A stretch of DNA of 64,000 bases from the NCBI GenBank assembly GCA_035221665.1, contig CM069154.1, positions 5,890,001-5,954,000 of the forward strand, in the 5' to 3' direction. This stretch comes from Okamejei kenojei. Its lineage: Eukaryota. The notes under the pieces are model-generated. The model saw only the letters and a program-made list of their open reading frames with translations. It was not told where the DNA came from and searched no databases. Positions 38,501 to 50,337 of the stretch are shown piece by piece (the stretch's first letter is position 1; every line of letters begins with the position of its first letter). Both the position numbers and the translations under genes were made by a program.

Positions 38501-41500
38501 TGTTTCCGCGCTGAATCTCTAAACTAAAGACGTGCAGGTTTGAAGGTTAATTGGCTTCTGTAAATTGTCCCTTAATTTAGAATTGCCCCTAATTGTAGAA
38601 TTGGTATACCGGTTAAAGGCAGCTGTTTCAACGCTGGATCTCTAAACTAAACTGGATAGATGGGGTTTTATTCCACACAGGAGAGGAACGAGGAAGCTAT
38701 TACAGGTATGCAATGCTATGAGGGACATAGATAGGGTACTTTGTGGAAAATCAGCATAGCAGATGTGCGTAGAAGTGGAGAACATTGGGTTGGGTTAGGG
38801 AGTAGAATATTCGGAGGGTATCTGAGCAAGAAATATTTTTAAACCTAGATGGTGGGGGCACTTGAATTGTCAAGTCTGAGAAGACTGTGGATGAGGGGCT
38901 GGTAAAAATGGGATAAGTATCAATGGTACTTAATGGTAACACAGTGTACCAAAGCTGATAGTGTCTAGGAGTTAACTGTGGCCACATCTATGGATAATTT
39001 CTGTTCCCTTCCCACATTTGAGCGTCGGTCATGTGGAGATGATGGAAAGTGAAAGTGCTTGGACTGATGTCACTGCAAATCTATTTTAAAGCTGTGCAAA
39101 CATAAGAGGAAGTTCTAGCCGGGAAGCTGGCCTACACCAGCACTGGGAAATCTATTTCTGGAGCTCAGCAACCAAGTATTGTCAAATGGGCCATAATTCC
39201 ATCATTTTAATCTCGATAAGTTATTAAATAAGTGCATGGATTTTAGGATGTCGGGGATTATGCGGAGAAGGCAGGAGAATGGGGTGAAGAGGGGATGATA
39301 GATCAGCCATGATTGAGTGTTCTATTTATGCTTCTATCACGTGATCTTATGAACCACCCCATCCCCAGTTCCCCTTCTTGTCCTCATTCCCTCCACTACT
39401 TACCAGTGCTGTTGATTTTCACCAGAAAGCTACAGGGAACGTCACTGCTGGAAATGGACACGTTGACCATTTCACTGGATTTTGATCCACGTTTATTTGA
39501 GGCTGTGCAATAATATTGATGGTGCTGGTGTTTGAAGGATTGACAATGTAGGTCTAGGGCATTGTTGTCTGAGATATCTGAATCCACAGATGGGGTCTTT
39601 TCATGCCAGGTGTAGCTAATGGGAAGGGAACCCCGGACCGACTCACAGGACACTGTCACTGAGCCCCCAAGACAGGAGACATTGGCTGGTGACAGAAATA
39701 CAAGCGCAGGAACAGACATGGGTTCTGTTGGAAAGGAGCAAACAGTCAGACACTGAGTGAACATCTGAAAATCAAACACTCGCCAATATCCACCATCTCT
39801 GTATCTTAGCCAAAGCCGGCAGGTTGGAATCTGACCCATCCATCTACATAGAAGTCATACAGTGTAGAAACAGGCCCTTCGGTCTAACTTGCCCGCACTG
39901 ACCAACACGCCCAATCTGCACTAGTTCCCCACCTGACCTTTCTTGGCCCTTAACCCTCTAAACTTATCCTATTCATGTACCTGTCCAAATTTTTCTTAAA
40001 TGTTGCAAGAGTACCTGCAATAACTACTTCCGTCGGCAGTTCGCTTCATCTACCTACCAACCTTAGTGTAAAAACGTTACTCCCCAGCCACTTGATAAAT
40101 TACTCCACCCTCATCTTAAATCTATGTCCTCTGGTTCTTGATTCCCCTGTGTATGCACAAATGCATTTATGAAGTAAATCGACAGGGACTCACTCCAGTA
40201 CAGATAAGGACAATGTCCCAGCTCAGATATTGCATTTCAAAGCGACAGCCAAATTGCCTGTCAGAAAGCTCCTTCTCCTCACAATCCATTTACAGATATG
40301 TACATCTCTGTGTCTCTCCATCCTCCCAGCAGCCAGAACAACCATGTCTGCCACTGTACCAGTGCACAGCAGTACCATCTCTATTTGTTTTGTATTTCCA
40401 GCATCTGCAGTATTTTTAATCTGAAACTCTGCCACAAATCTACAATACCAACATTCAAACACTTCATTAATGCAACATTATCACTATCAACAACTTTTTA
40501 ATTTCCTTGTATAAAATTGTTGATAGTGATACTGTTGCACTAATGAGACGTGTGAATGGCGGTATTGTAGAATTGTGTGTAGGGAGCGAATGGGAAAGTG
40601 GAATAACATAGAACTAGTGTGACCGGTGATCGCTAGTCGGTGTGAACTCATTGGGCCAAAGGATCCGTTTCCATGTTGCATTTGTAAACTACAACTAACT
40701 ATCCGGGTGAACCTTTTCTGTAACCTCTCCAAACCTCTCACATCTTTTGTTTTATAAAGCGGGGACCAGAACTGTGCACCAGACTCCCACCTAACAAATG
40801 TTTTGTGTGGATGCCAAAGTGGAGACATCAAGTCACTCGCTGAGAAACCTACCTTCAGATACTTGGAGATGTACTTTAAATGTTGGTTCGCCAGATGTAG
40901 TAATTCCACATCTGTACCATCCTGTATCTCCAGAGCAAAGATCCTCCACTGTCACAGTAAATATTCCTCGTGCCGGGTTATCTGTGATTGACACTCTTCC
41001 GCTCTGTCCATGTTTCCCATTTGTTTCCACTACATGTGTACACTGGCGACTTGTCCCAGGGCACCAGTATTTTGTGTCTGAGTGGTACACTGCTGCATAG
41101 TGACAATCGATTGTGATTGCTCTTCCCACAACCCCTCTTACTTCGCTCTCAGCCCACAGTGCACCTGAAACTGAAGGAAAAATCTTTCATAAATTGAAGA
41201 GCAAAATTTGCCTTTCACAAACATATACATTATAGTATACATCAATGTGTACATGGCAGTCTGCCCTATCATTTTCTTAACTGTGTTGAATTCTACCTAG
41301 ATTGCGATGAGAGACGGATACTGTACACCGTCCCTCACCAACTGCACAGGCCATTCCAAAGTGCTTCCAAGCCAATGTGGGTGTGAATGGTGAAGAATAA
41401 TGCATTGAACACGGAGCCTGGTGCAATTGGAAGGCGCTGTCTAGGGAGTCTTGGTGAGTTGCTGCAGTGCATTGTGCAGATGGTGCAAACTGCTGCTGCT

Positions 41501-44500
41501 CTGCATCAGTGGGGGAGGTTGAAGATGGGGTGTCTGTCAAGCGCGATTCTGGGTCATGACAGACCAAGCACAAGTGTTCAGCGAAACTGTGGTCTAGGCC
41601 AGTGCTTCTTAAACTGATGAATGGTTCAAAGGGTGAATGAAATTATTTTGGGGTGAATTTGTTAATTGATGTTTTTTGCTCATGTGACAAAATAAATTAT
41701 ATATACAATTATACACAAGGGAGAATAAGATGAAAATTACCAAAAAAAACATAAGAAAATTTAGTCGAAGGGTGAATGAAATTTTGTGCTAAATACACAA
41801 GGGTGAATGACACTGAAATATTTTAAAAAGAAGTGGCCTTGGCTGCGCTTGGTCTCGCCGATGTAAACCATTTACGCTCTCTTATGGACTTCCAATCAGA
41901 GCATCTCCACACCTACTGCGGGTTTCATTTAAAATTCTCTTTGACAAAAGTAAGGGTCATACTTGATGGAGTGACGGCCAAGCAGATTCACTTTAATTAT
42001 GTGAGATTACTGGAGTTCCAGTGATTCACGCAAATTAACAGTTAAAATCATGAACATTATCATGAAATTGTACATAATAATAATAATAAAAATATATTTT
42101 ATTGTCATTACACATAAGTGCAACGAGATTTGTTTTGCAACTCCATCCGATGTCATAACTTAAACGACTAATAAAATTTAGGTTTAGATACCCCGAGAAC
42201 AAGATTTGTGAAAAGAACATTAGAACAGTAAAACAGTCAAAACCAAAACAGACTAAAGTGCAGATGTGTCTGTGCGACGTGACCATCCAAGGGAGACAGT
42301 CCATGGGGGGGGGGGGGGGGGGTACTCAGCAGGACAGGTTCAGAGCCGCTATAGCTCTGGGAATGAAGCTGTTCCTGAGTCTGGAGGTGCGGGCATAGAA
42401 GGCCTTGTAGCGTCTGCCAGAAGGGAGTAGTTCGAACAGTCCATTACAAGGGTGAGAGGAATCTTTATGGATGCTGACGGAGTTCCTCAGGCACCGTGTG
42501 TGGTAGATGCCCTCCAAGGCTGGTAGCGGTGTCCCAACAATCTTTTGCGCTCTGTGGACGACGCGCTGAAGAGCTCTCCTCTCTGCCTCCGTGCAGCTGA
42601 GATACCACACAGAGATGCCATACGTTAGTATGCTCTCTGTCGTGCAGCGGTAGAAGGTCGTCAGCAGCTGTTGGGGCAGACCAGTCCGTTTCAATGTTCT
42701 TAGGAAGAACAGTTGTTGCTGTGCCTTTTTGACCAGCGCAGCAGTGTTGGTCGACCATGTGAGGTCCTCTGAGATTCGTGGTTATAAATGATCATGGATC
42801 CAAATAGAATACATTTGGTTGCTTTCTCTTTCTCAAAGTGACTGTGAGATCTTAAGTGGCAGCTAGAGAATCATTTTTAAAGCAGAAGGCAGTAACTTGA
42901 TGGAATGCACTCAATGCGTTGTGATAAGTGCAGATCTTTCTCTCCTTTCGAAGCTCAACACCTCCCAGGTGAAAGCAACAGGCAATTATTTGCCAGTTCC
43001 CCAAACACTCTCGCATTTTACACCATGAGCTCACGGTAGCTGTAATGATGCCGTCTGCAAATACCAAGAAACCCATGAACATCACCACAAGGAGATTAGC
43101 AGCAGGTTCAGGGACTCTAGAGGAATTGTGAAACAGTATTCCCATGGGAAAATAACACTCACCTGCATTGTTCATTTCTGTCACATAACTGCACGTTCCT
43201 GCTCCTTTGAAGACTTTCACGTTGACAATGTCACTAGATTTTGTCTCACCATAATTAGAGGCTGTGCAGTAATATTGACGGTGTTGACCTCTGAGGATTT
43301 CACAACTCAGATCCAGTTGATTGCCAGACGAGATCCTTGAACACCCATACTCTTTCTTCTCACACCATGTGTAATGGATGGGAAGGGATCCACGGACAGA
43401 CTCACAGGACACTGACACTGAGCCTCCGAGACGTGAGGCATTTGCTGGTGACAGATATCTGAGCACAGGAGCAGACACGGGTTCTGTGGGAATGGAGCAA
43501 ACATTCAGTCACTTGTATGAACAGTTCAAAACCAATCACATGCTAAATCTCAGCAGCCCTTTATCTCAGCCCGAACCGTCCGGTTGATATCTCAACGGCT
43601 CATCTACATCTCTGTGAGTGTGCGAAGCCCAGAAACTGAAGAAGGTTAGAGTTGTAGAGAAACGAAAGAGGCCCATGACCAAACATGCCACTGCGGTAAA
43701 TGACACCTTACTAATCCCCCCTCTTTAAATAGTTTCCATTACCTCTGTCCTCCACTTTCTCATCCCGCACATCATGGGAAAATGAACATGCTTCTCGTGA
43801 TTGATACATTTCTCTAAGTTCCTTGCTCAATCATTTCCACAGCAAGGAATAAAGTCTTAGTTTGTCCAATCGCTCTCTGCATCAATCGCATCCTGTCCAG
43901 GCAGCGTCGCCCTAAATCCTTTCTGGACGCTGTCCACCTCAAAGGCATTTTTCTTGGAGCTGAAGATCTAAAGCTGAACACAATTCCCAAAGTGCGGATT
44001 CAACATCTGCACGTCTGAAGCTTATTATCTCAAATTATGTTCTGAATGTTCTCACTGATGAAGACCAGCGTGCAAAAAACCCTATTCAATGCCTTGGAAT
44101 TTAAAGGCGAAAACTAATTACGATCGCTTTAAGATAGACACAAAATGCTGGAGTAACTCAGCGGAGCAGGCGGCATCTCTCAAGAGAAGGAATGGGTGAC
44201 GTTTCGGGTCGAGACACTTCTTCAGCCTGAGAGTCGTGGGACAGGGAGAGAGAGAAATGGAAGGGTAAGATGTGAAAACAAGTCATCAAAGGTGACAAAG
44301 TTAAAGGAAATTGTAGAATGAATCATTGTCGACTGAAGGGAAGGTGACAACGAGGCATACAATCAGTAAAATAGAATCAGGGTGACAGTGAAACTAAATG
44401 GAGAACTAGGATGGAGGCAGGATGGAAAGGAGTAAAGCAAGGGTTACTTGAAGTTCATTGTTTTAACCGTAGTGACAAGGCCAGCTGCTTTAAATACCTG

Positions 44501-47500
44501 GGAGTCCACATCACAGAGGATCTGACATGGACAACACACACTGCCACACTGGTGAGTAAGGCATGGCAGTGCCTTTACCACCTCAGACAGCTGAGGAAAT
44601 TCAGAGTCTCTCTGAGAATCCTTCAGTGCTTCTACTCTGGGGCTATAGAAAGCATCTTGTCCGGCAACATCACAATCTGGTTTGGGAACAGCTCTGCCCA
44701 GGACAGGAAAGCTCTGCAGAGAGTAGTGCGTTCGGCCAAACGTACTATGGGAACTACACTCGCCCCCCTGCAGGACCTTTTCACCAGGAGGTGCAGATCC
44801 AGAGCCAGCAACATTATGGGGGACCCCTACCACCCCAACAACGGACTGTTCCAGCTGCTAAGGTCAGGCAAACGCCTCCGCTGTCATGCTGTGAAAGCAG
44901 AGATGATGAGACGGAGTTTCTTCCCACAGGCCATCAGGACTGTAAACTTATCTCACCAGGGACTCATTCACTGTCCTAATTTACTATTGTGTTGTGGCTT
45001 AAAAAAATAATCTCTTCTAACATGTAAATACTGAATCTGTTTCATTCCATTCTATTCTGTACTTTGTGTGCAATCCGCAGGCATTGCCACTTTCATTTCA
45101 CTGCATATCTTGTATGTGTATATGACAAATGAAGTTACTTGTCTTGTCCCCTGTCGCTCAAAACACTAGGTTGTAAGCTGCCCAAGTGAAATATGAGGTG
45201 CTGTTCCTCTAATTTGCCTTTGACCTCACTCTGACAGTGGAGGAGGTCCAGGACAGAAAGGTCAGTTTGGGAATGGGAGGGGGAATTAAAGTGTTTAGCA
45301 ATCGGGACTTAGCGTAGGCCGAGGCAGACTGAGCGGAGTTGTTCAGCGAAACGATCACCGAGTCTGTGCTTGGTCTCGCCGATATATAGGAGTTCACACC
45401 TGGAACAGCCAATATAGTTGACGAGGTTGGAGGAGATGCAAGTGAACCTCTGCCTCACCCGAAAAGACTGTTGGAGTCCTTGGACAGAGTAGACGGAGGA
45501 GGTATAGAGACAGGTGTTGCATCTCCTGCAGTTGTAGGGGAAGGTACCTGGGGAGGGGGTGGTTTGGGTGGGAAAGGACGAGTTGACCAGGGACTTGTGG
45601 AGGGAACGGTGTCATCGGAAAGCAGAAAGCGGTTGTGATGGAAAGATGTGGCTAGTGGTGGGATCCCGTTGGAGGTGGTGAAAAAGTCGGAGGATTATGT
45701 GCTGTGTGCGACGGCTGATGGGGCGAAAGATTTGTTTATTGTGCTCCCCACCAGGGAAATATCCGGGCAGAGAGGCTGGCTGGCTAGCTGCCGGGCGGTG
45801 GGTGGACAGTGGCTGCTGGGGGTGTGGGCACATTGAAACATAAAACGTAGAAAATAGGTGCAGGAGCAGGCCATTAGGCCCTCCGAGCCAGCACCACCAT
45901 TCATTGTGATCATGCTGATCATCCGCTATCAATAACCCAGGCCTGCCTTCTCCCCAAATCCCTTGACTCCACTAGCCCCTAGAGCTCTATCTAACTCCCT
46001 CTTAAATCCATCCAGTGATTTGGCCTCCACTGCCCTCTGGGGCAGAGAAGTCCATAAATTTACAACTCTTTAGGTGAAAAAGTTTTTTCTCACCTCAGTC
46101 TTGAATGACCTCCCCTTTATTCTAAGTGTGGCCAGTGGTTCTGGACTCGCCCAACTTTAACCATATAACCATATAACAATTAATACCATATAACCATATA
46201 ACATTAACCATATAACCATATAACAATATAAAATATAACCATATAACCACATAGCAATTATAATAACTTTGCGAACATTTTTCCTGCATCTAGCTTGTGC
46301 AGTCCTTTTATAGTTGTATACCTTTCTATAAGACCCCCCTCAACCTTCTAAACTCTAGTGAATACAAGCCTAGTCTTTTCGAATTTTACTCATATGACAG
46401 TCGCGCCACCCCAGGGATCAATCTCGTGAACCTACGCTGCACTGCCTCAATCACAAGGATGACCTTCTTCAAATTAGGAGACCAAAACTGTGCACAATAC
46501 TCCAGATGTGGTCTCACCAGAGCCCTATACAACTGCAGAAGAACCTCTTTATTCCTATACTGAAATCCTCTTGTTATGAAGGCCAACATTCCACTAGCTT
46601 TGAGGGAGAGAGAGAGGGCGCGCAGAGTGGGGAGCGAGCGACTGATCCCAGAAGTGTGGGCGGGGGCGGGCTGGCCGTCCCCGGGAGGACTGAACGCAGT
46701 CTGTTGAGCTCTGGAGACCATGTTTATGATTCTCCGGGTACTCAGACCGCGAGCAACATTTGTTTCTCACGGATCTGTCGGATAATTAGCTTGAGTCGGA
46801 ATGCAAACCTCTGACAGGGTGATATTTCATACAGTTAAGTGGCAAGGTAATGTGCTGAGCTTCCCAGTTGAAGTGGGTGGCCGCTCAGTGGGACAGAGCT
46901 CGCCCTGGGTGAGAGCAACATGAGTGGGGTTTCCCGACCCCCGCCCGCTCCCCGCAGGTCTCTGCACTGCTGCGGAGCCTCGGGATATCGGTGTTGCCCT
47001 GACCCTTCCCGGAGAAAACATGGATCAGGCATTTCAGTGGAGATGTCAAGTCAATCGCTGCGAAATGTACCGTCAGATACTTGGAGATGAACGTTAAATG
47101 TTGGATGGTCGGCAGATGTTGTAATTCCACAACGGTACCATCCTGTATCTGTAGCGTGAAGATCCTCCACAGTCACAGTAAATATTCCTCGTGCCGGGAT
47201 ATCTGTGATTGACATTCTTCCACTCCGTCCGTGTCGCCCACTTGTTGCCACTGCACACCGTTTCCTCCTCCAATCACACCAGTATTTTGCGTATGAGCGG
47301 TACTCTGCTGCATAGTGACAATCGATTGTGATCGCTCTTCCCACAACTCCTCTTACATCCCTCTCTCCCCACACTTCACCTGAAACTGAGAGGAGAAACT
47401 TTCAGATGGAGACCAAATGAACTGTTTAATGGAAATAGATATATTTTGAAGATTACAGGAAATAAAACTTAAATCGTTGCATGATGTGTCATATTGCTTC

Positions 47501-48516
47501 ACGACCAATGTCTCCGGTCTGAAGTGCAGGCAGTGCTGTTATTGTACCTGTTGTGTCAGTGTTCTGACCCCGGGTCAGTACAATTAGGGTTCACTTCCCA
47601 CTCCAGATCCCTGAGCAGAAACTGGACTGGGACCGCATTGCGGTACTGAGGGAGCGCGGCAGTGTTGCAGCAGCTGCCTTTCAACAATCCCAGGCGGTGC
47701 CCGGCCTCTCACCCTACAGATAGACCCCACTTTGCTATTTCATTGGAGGTGCCGCCGACTCCGCTGCCAACATTCATCTCTCAACCGATGGTGGGCCGGA
47801 CCCGTGTTTAGACATTCACTGCCTTTACAACGCCCTGACTGAGGACAGAGGACGGACGGCTTACAATAAAGCGGGTCCGTTACCGGAAAGCGATAGGAGC
47901 GTGAAAACTCACAGCGCCAGATTTGGGGACAATTTTGTTCCCAGCTGTTATCAGGAACCCGAATCGTCCTACCATAACAGAGAGCTGTGCTGAACTTCTT
48001 TGTACCTCTTTGATGACACTCGGACTACCCTTGATCGGACTTTGCTGGCTTTACCTTACACTAAACGTTATTTCCTTTTCGTGTATCTATGCACTCGATT
48101 GTAATCATATATTGTCTTTCTGCTGGCTGGTTAGCAGGCAACAAAAAAGCGTTTCACTGCACCTCGGTCCACGTGACAATAAACTAAACTGAATTGGGAG
48201 CCAAATGTCCCGCTGCTCATCGGGGACAGGTTCTGATTCTCAATTTAAACTATCATCAGGATGCAATTAGGCCATGTGACAACAGTGGTTAAACTACGAA
48301 CATAGTCTAGTTATTCAAATGTGATTTCAGATCCATTACCACAATGCACTGGTTTTATTTCCTCCATTACATGTCCACACACACTTAACCATCTCTGCTG
48401 TAGAAAGGGTGCACGGGACCCCAACTAACATCGATTATTGGAATATCAACATCTGGCTTTCACTCACCGGGCAGCGAGGAGATGAGAAGAATGGGAATCC
48501 ACATTGTTTTATCCAT
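29233..48516 (-). CDS. Gene B: inhibitory Ig receptor, leader-V-C2-V-C2-hinge-TM-tail with ITIM/ITSM (~590 aa)
   Basis: Nine phase-compatible GT-AG exons give one open frame when the 56-nt exon is skipped or corrected. Confidence 0.85.
29913..29959 (-). CDS. Gene B penultimate cytoplasmic exon
   Basis: attttccag|...CAG|gtaaaa, 47 nt, phase 1-0; SNCNTSHGEENNDIQ. Confidence 0.82.
31633..31688 (-). other. Gene B candidate cytoplasmic exon, 56 nt, out of frame as assembled
   Basis: Good acceptor (ttttaacatcaccgtacag) and donor (gtaag); phase-1 entry gives ETV-stop; one more A in the initial A-run would give ENCLSVKWQRCVRTKRPGG in frame. Confidence 0.5.
31902..31990 (-). CDS. Gene B transmembrane exon (uncharged TM)
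   Basis: tgtccaacag|...G|gtgagt, 89 nt, phase 2-1; ITYIFVSGVTVFVLILIIAFLWYRKRKSK. Confidence 0.88.
32352..32381. repeat. Interstitial telomeric repeat (CCCTAA)5 at the L1 5' junction
   Basis: Five perfect vertebrate telomere hexamers directly abutting the L1 coding sequence. Confidence 0.9.
32382..35005 (+). mobile_element. 5'-truncated L1-clade LINE (fish-type), AT-rich, decayed
   Basis: YRAISLLNTD, DQTGF, LDAEKAFD, RQGCVLSPLLF, LYADD, FSGYRINWNKS; A-rich tail 34979-35005. Confidence 0.92.
36495..37532. mobile_element. Rearranged Penelope relic
   Basis: TDVYYKPTDSHNYLDH on - strand; GIY-YIG remnant and terminal repeat on + strand. Confidence 0.75.
37764..37998. mobile_element. Palindromic non-autonomous Penelope-derived element with 12-bp TSD
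   Basis: ~100-bp inverted arms; agtttaccttga at 37752-37763 and 37999-38010; absent at the paralogous site ~62800. Confidence 0.85.
38006..38054 (-). CDS. Gene B hinge exon
   Basis: ttgttccaacag|...AG|gtaaac, 49 nt, phase 1-2, GLEYSCETSKRSKYTS; paralog at 62806-62854. Confidence 0.82.
39404..39724 (-). CDS. Gene B C2-type Ig exon 2
   Basis: ctttccaacag|...G|gtaagt, 321 nt, phase 1-1; VSCESVRGSLPISYTW..YYCTASN. Confidence 0.9.
40853..41170 (-). CDS. Gene B V-set exon 2
   Basis: ttccttcag|...G|gtaggt, 318 nt, phase 1-1; begins VSGALWA; KYWCPGTSRQC, DTGWYRCG. Confidence 0.92.
41600..41835. mobile_element. hAT-Charlie-like MITE
   Basis: Starts CAGTGCTTCTTAAACT, degenerate right TIR, imperfect 8-bp TSD gtctaggc/gccttggc, internal aagggtgaatga repeats. 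Confidence 0.65.
42068..42780 (-). mobile_element. Rex1/Babar 3' fragment
   Basis: FYRCTTESILTYGISVWY..LPSGRRY; (TTA)n tail. Confidence 0.88.
43163..43483 (-). CDS. Gene B C2-type (FCRL/PECAM-like) Ig exon 1
   Basis: cccacag|...G|gtgagt, 321 nt, phase 1-1; EPVSAPVL..VSCESVRGSLPIHYTW..YYCTASN. Confidence 0.9.
44131..45720 (-). mobile_element. Penelope relic interrupted by Rex1
   Basis: Terminal repeat with hammerhead motif 44198-44225; GIY-YIG remnants 45170-45720. Confidence 0.8.
44485..45146 (+). mobile_element. Rex1/Babar 3' fragment inside a Penelope relic
   Basis: FKYLGVHITEDLTW..IESILSGNITIWFGN..RRSFFPQAIR. Confidence 0.88.
45835..46600 (-). mobile_element. CR1 3' fragment containing a tail-repeat insertion
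   Basis: LYRALVRPHLEYCAQFWSP; CR1 3' UTR at 45835-45930. Confidence 0.85.
46159..46264. repeat. (AACCATAT)n reiterated LINE-tail insertion
   Basis: Flanked by aacttt direct repeats (46153-46158 and 46265-46270); unit equals the tail at 5498-5520. Confidence 0.8.
47071..47385 (-). CDS. Gene B V-set exon 1
   Basis: 315 nt, phase 1-1; AITIDCHY..KYWCDWRRKRC..DTGWYRCG..VHLQVSD. Confidence 0.93.
48468..48516 (-). CDS. Gene B exon 1, signal peptide (MDKT)MWIPILLISSLP
   Basis: ATGs at 48516 and 48504; donor G|gtgagt, phase 1. Confidence 0.88.
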
Positions 48517-48592
48517 AGTGACAAGGCCAGCACTTAGTCTGCCAGTCGCTCAGCTCTGAGCTCTCAGATACAACCGCATCTCTCAATTTAAC

Positions 48593-48602
48593 AATGAGGA
48601 AG
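48593..48602. promoter_or_regulatory. Putative PU.1/ETS box upstream of gene B (RUNX-like AACCGCA at 48572-48578)
   Basis: aatgaggaag at the same relative position as in gene A. Confidence 0.4.
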
Positions 48603-49670
48603 AAGCGAACGGGACGTCAGATCCTGGGCCACAGCGAGTCAGCAGCTGTTCGCACGTTGTAGTGTGAAAGGCTCAGGGTAATATTTCGCAAATGGTTGGG
48701 TCAGATGATCACAGAGTCATACAGCACGGAAACGCCCCTTCTCCCCAACTCGTTAGACCATTATGCTCCTCTAAGTTAGTCAAATTTAACCACATCCCCC
48801 CAAACCCATATCTCCCCCAAACCTTCCCTATCCATGGGCCTGTCCAAGTGCCCGTTACGTGTCGTTATTGCAGCTGCTTCAACTACTTCGTCAAGTGTGA
48901 TGTGTCCTTAAGGATGGAGCAGCGGTTATCTCTTGACTCAAAGCCTGTTAACACTGTGCAGTGGTGGATATATTGATAGACTAAAAATGTAGGAGCCTCT
49001 CTGCCGGCCAGGCAGCACCTCTGGAGAAAATGGATCAGTGACGTTTTGGGTCGGGACCCCTCATGTAAACAATGAGACGTTGGATAAAATATGACATTTA
49101 AAAGAGTAGAAACGTCTAAGATGTGTACACTTCCGGATCATTCCCTCTTGATGATTTTGTAAGTGGACCGGCAGATCAAAGATATAATCATTGGAACTTT
49201 TGTTTAGGCATATTACTGTTGACAAGGGGCAAATCCGGAAGCTGGCGTTAGGAAGTAGGGGCTTTTCTCCTGAAATCAGCTGAGTTTAATTGGAGTTTGA
49301 CAATCTCCTCTCTGCCTCAACTCTTTCATTCAAACTTTGAAACACTATTGTCATGATATTCACGTTTTGAAAATGACATTTAATGGTGGATTGGACTGTG
49401 AAGACGTTTCTCTAGAATTACCATAGGATGGAGATCAGCTGGGAAAGCGAGATGTGGAATGTAACTCAAACAAGGGTGAAGTAATACACTTGGTGAAGTT
49501 AAAGCAATGCAGAATATGCACAATGAATTGAATTGTTAACTTGTCTTTTTTGCAATCCAGAGCTAATAAATTATCAGGGTTGTGTTCATGTACATTCCAT
49601 TGGCTGATTTTGTACATCTGTTTGCAACGATTTCATTCTGTCGGCAGCTAGTTGCTTTATATAATAACAC

Positions 49671-50237
49671 GTCAAGTCAAGTCAAGTTTGTTCGTCACAT
49701 ACACATACGAGATGTGCAGTGAAATGAAAAGTGGCAATGCTCGCGGATGTGCAAAAGACAAACAAACAAACTACAAACAGAATCACGTATTCTTTTACAT
49801 ATTTATATTGAGGGAGGAAGGGAAAAGGAAAGAAAAACAGCAATTGAAAAAAAAAACAGTAGAATGGTACAGTAAAGTTAGTCCCTGGTGAGATAGGAGT
49901 TTATAGTCCTAATCGCCTCTGGGAAGAAATTCCTTCTCAACCTCTCTAGCTCTCACAGCATGGAACAGTCCGTTGCAGGGGTGGAAGCGGTCTCCCATGA
50001 TCTTATTGGCTCTGGAGTTACATCTTCTGATGTATAGTTCCTGCAGGTGGGCGAGTGTAGTTCCCATAGTGCGTTCGGCTGAACGCACTACTCTCTGCAG
50101 AGCCTTCTTGTCCTGGGCAGAGCAGTTCCCAAACCAAATCGTGATATTTCCGGACAAGATGCTTTCCACAGCCGCTGATTAGAAGCATTGGAGGATCCTC
50201 AGAGACACTCTGAATTTACTCAATTGCCTGAGGTGGT
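49671..50237 (-). mobile_element. Rex1/Babar 3' fragment
   Basis: ESILSGNITIWFGNCSAQDKKALQRVV; (CTTGA)n tail. Confidence 0.85.
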
Positions 50238-50337
50238 ACATAGAAACATAGAAACATAGAAATTAGGTGCAGGAGTAGGCCATTCAGCCCTTCGAGCCTG
50301 CACCGCCATTCAATATGATCATGGCTGATCATCCAAC

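Larger units (their letters stand above)
37555..39374 (+). repeat. Segmental duplicate of 62615-64000 (intron and hinge exon); second block 35560-36435 ~ 60595-61050
   Basis: Colinear near-identical text including a SINE at the same position (38236 and 63050). Confidence 0.9.

Noticed and set aside
42852-43162. Read-through of the C2 exon into a hydrophobic stretch (ANLLVVMFMGFLVFADGII) as an alternative TM
   Set aside because: Strong gtgagt donor at 43162, no equivalent after the second C2 exon; cannot be supported without intron-retention reads
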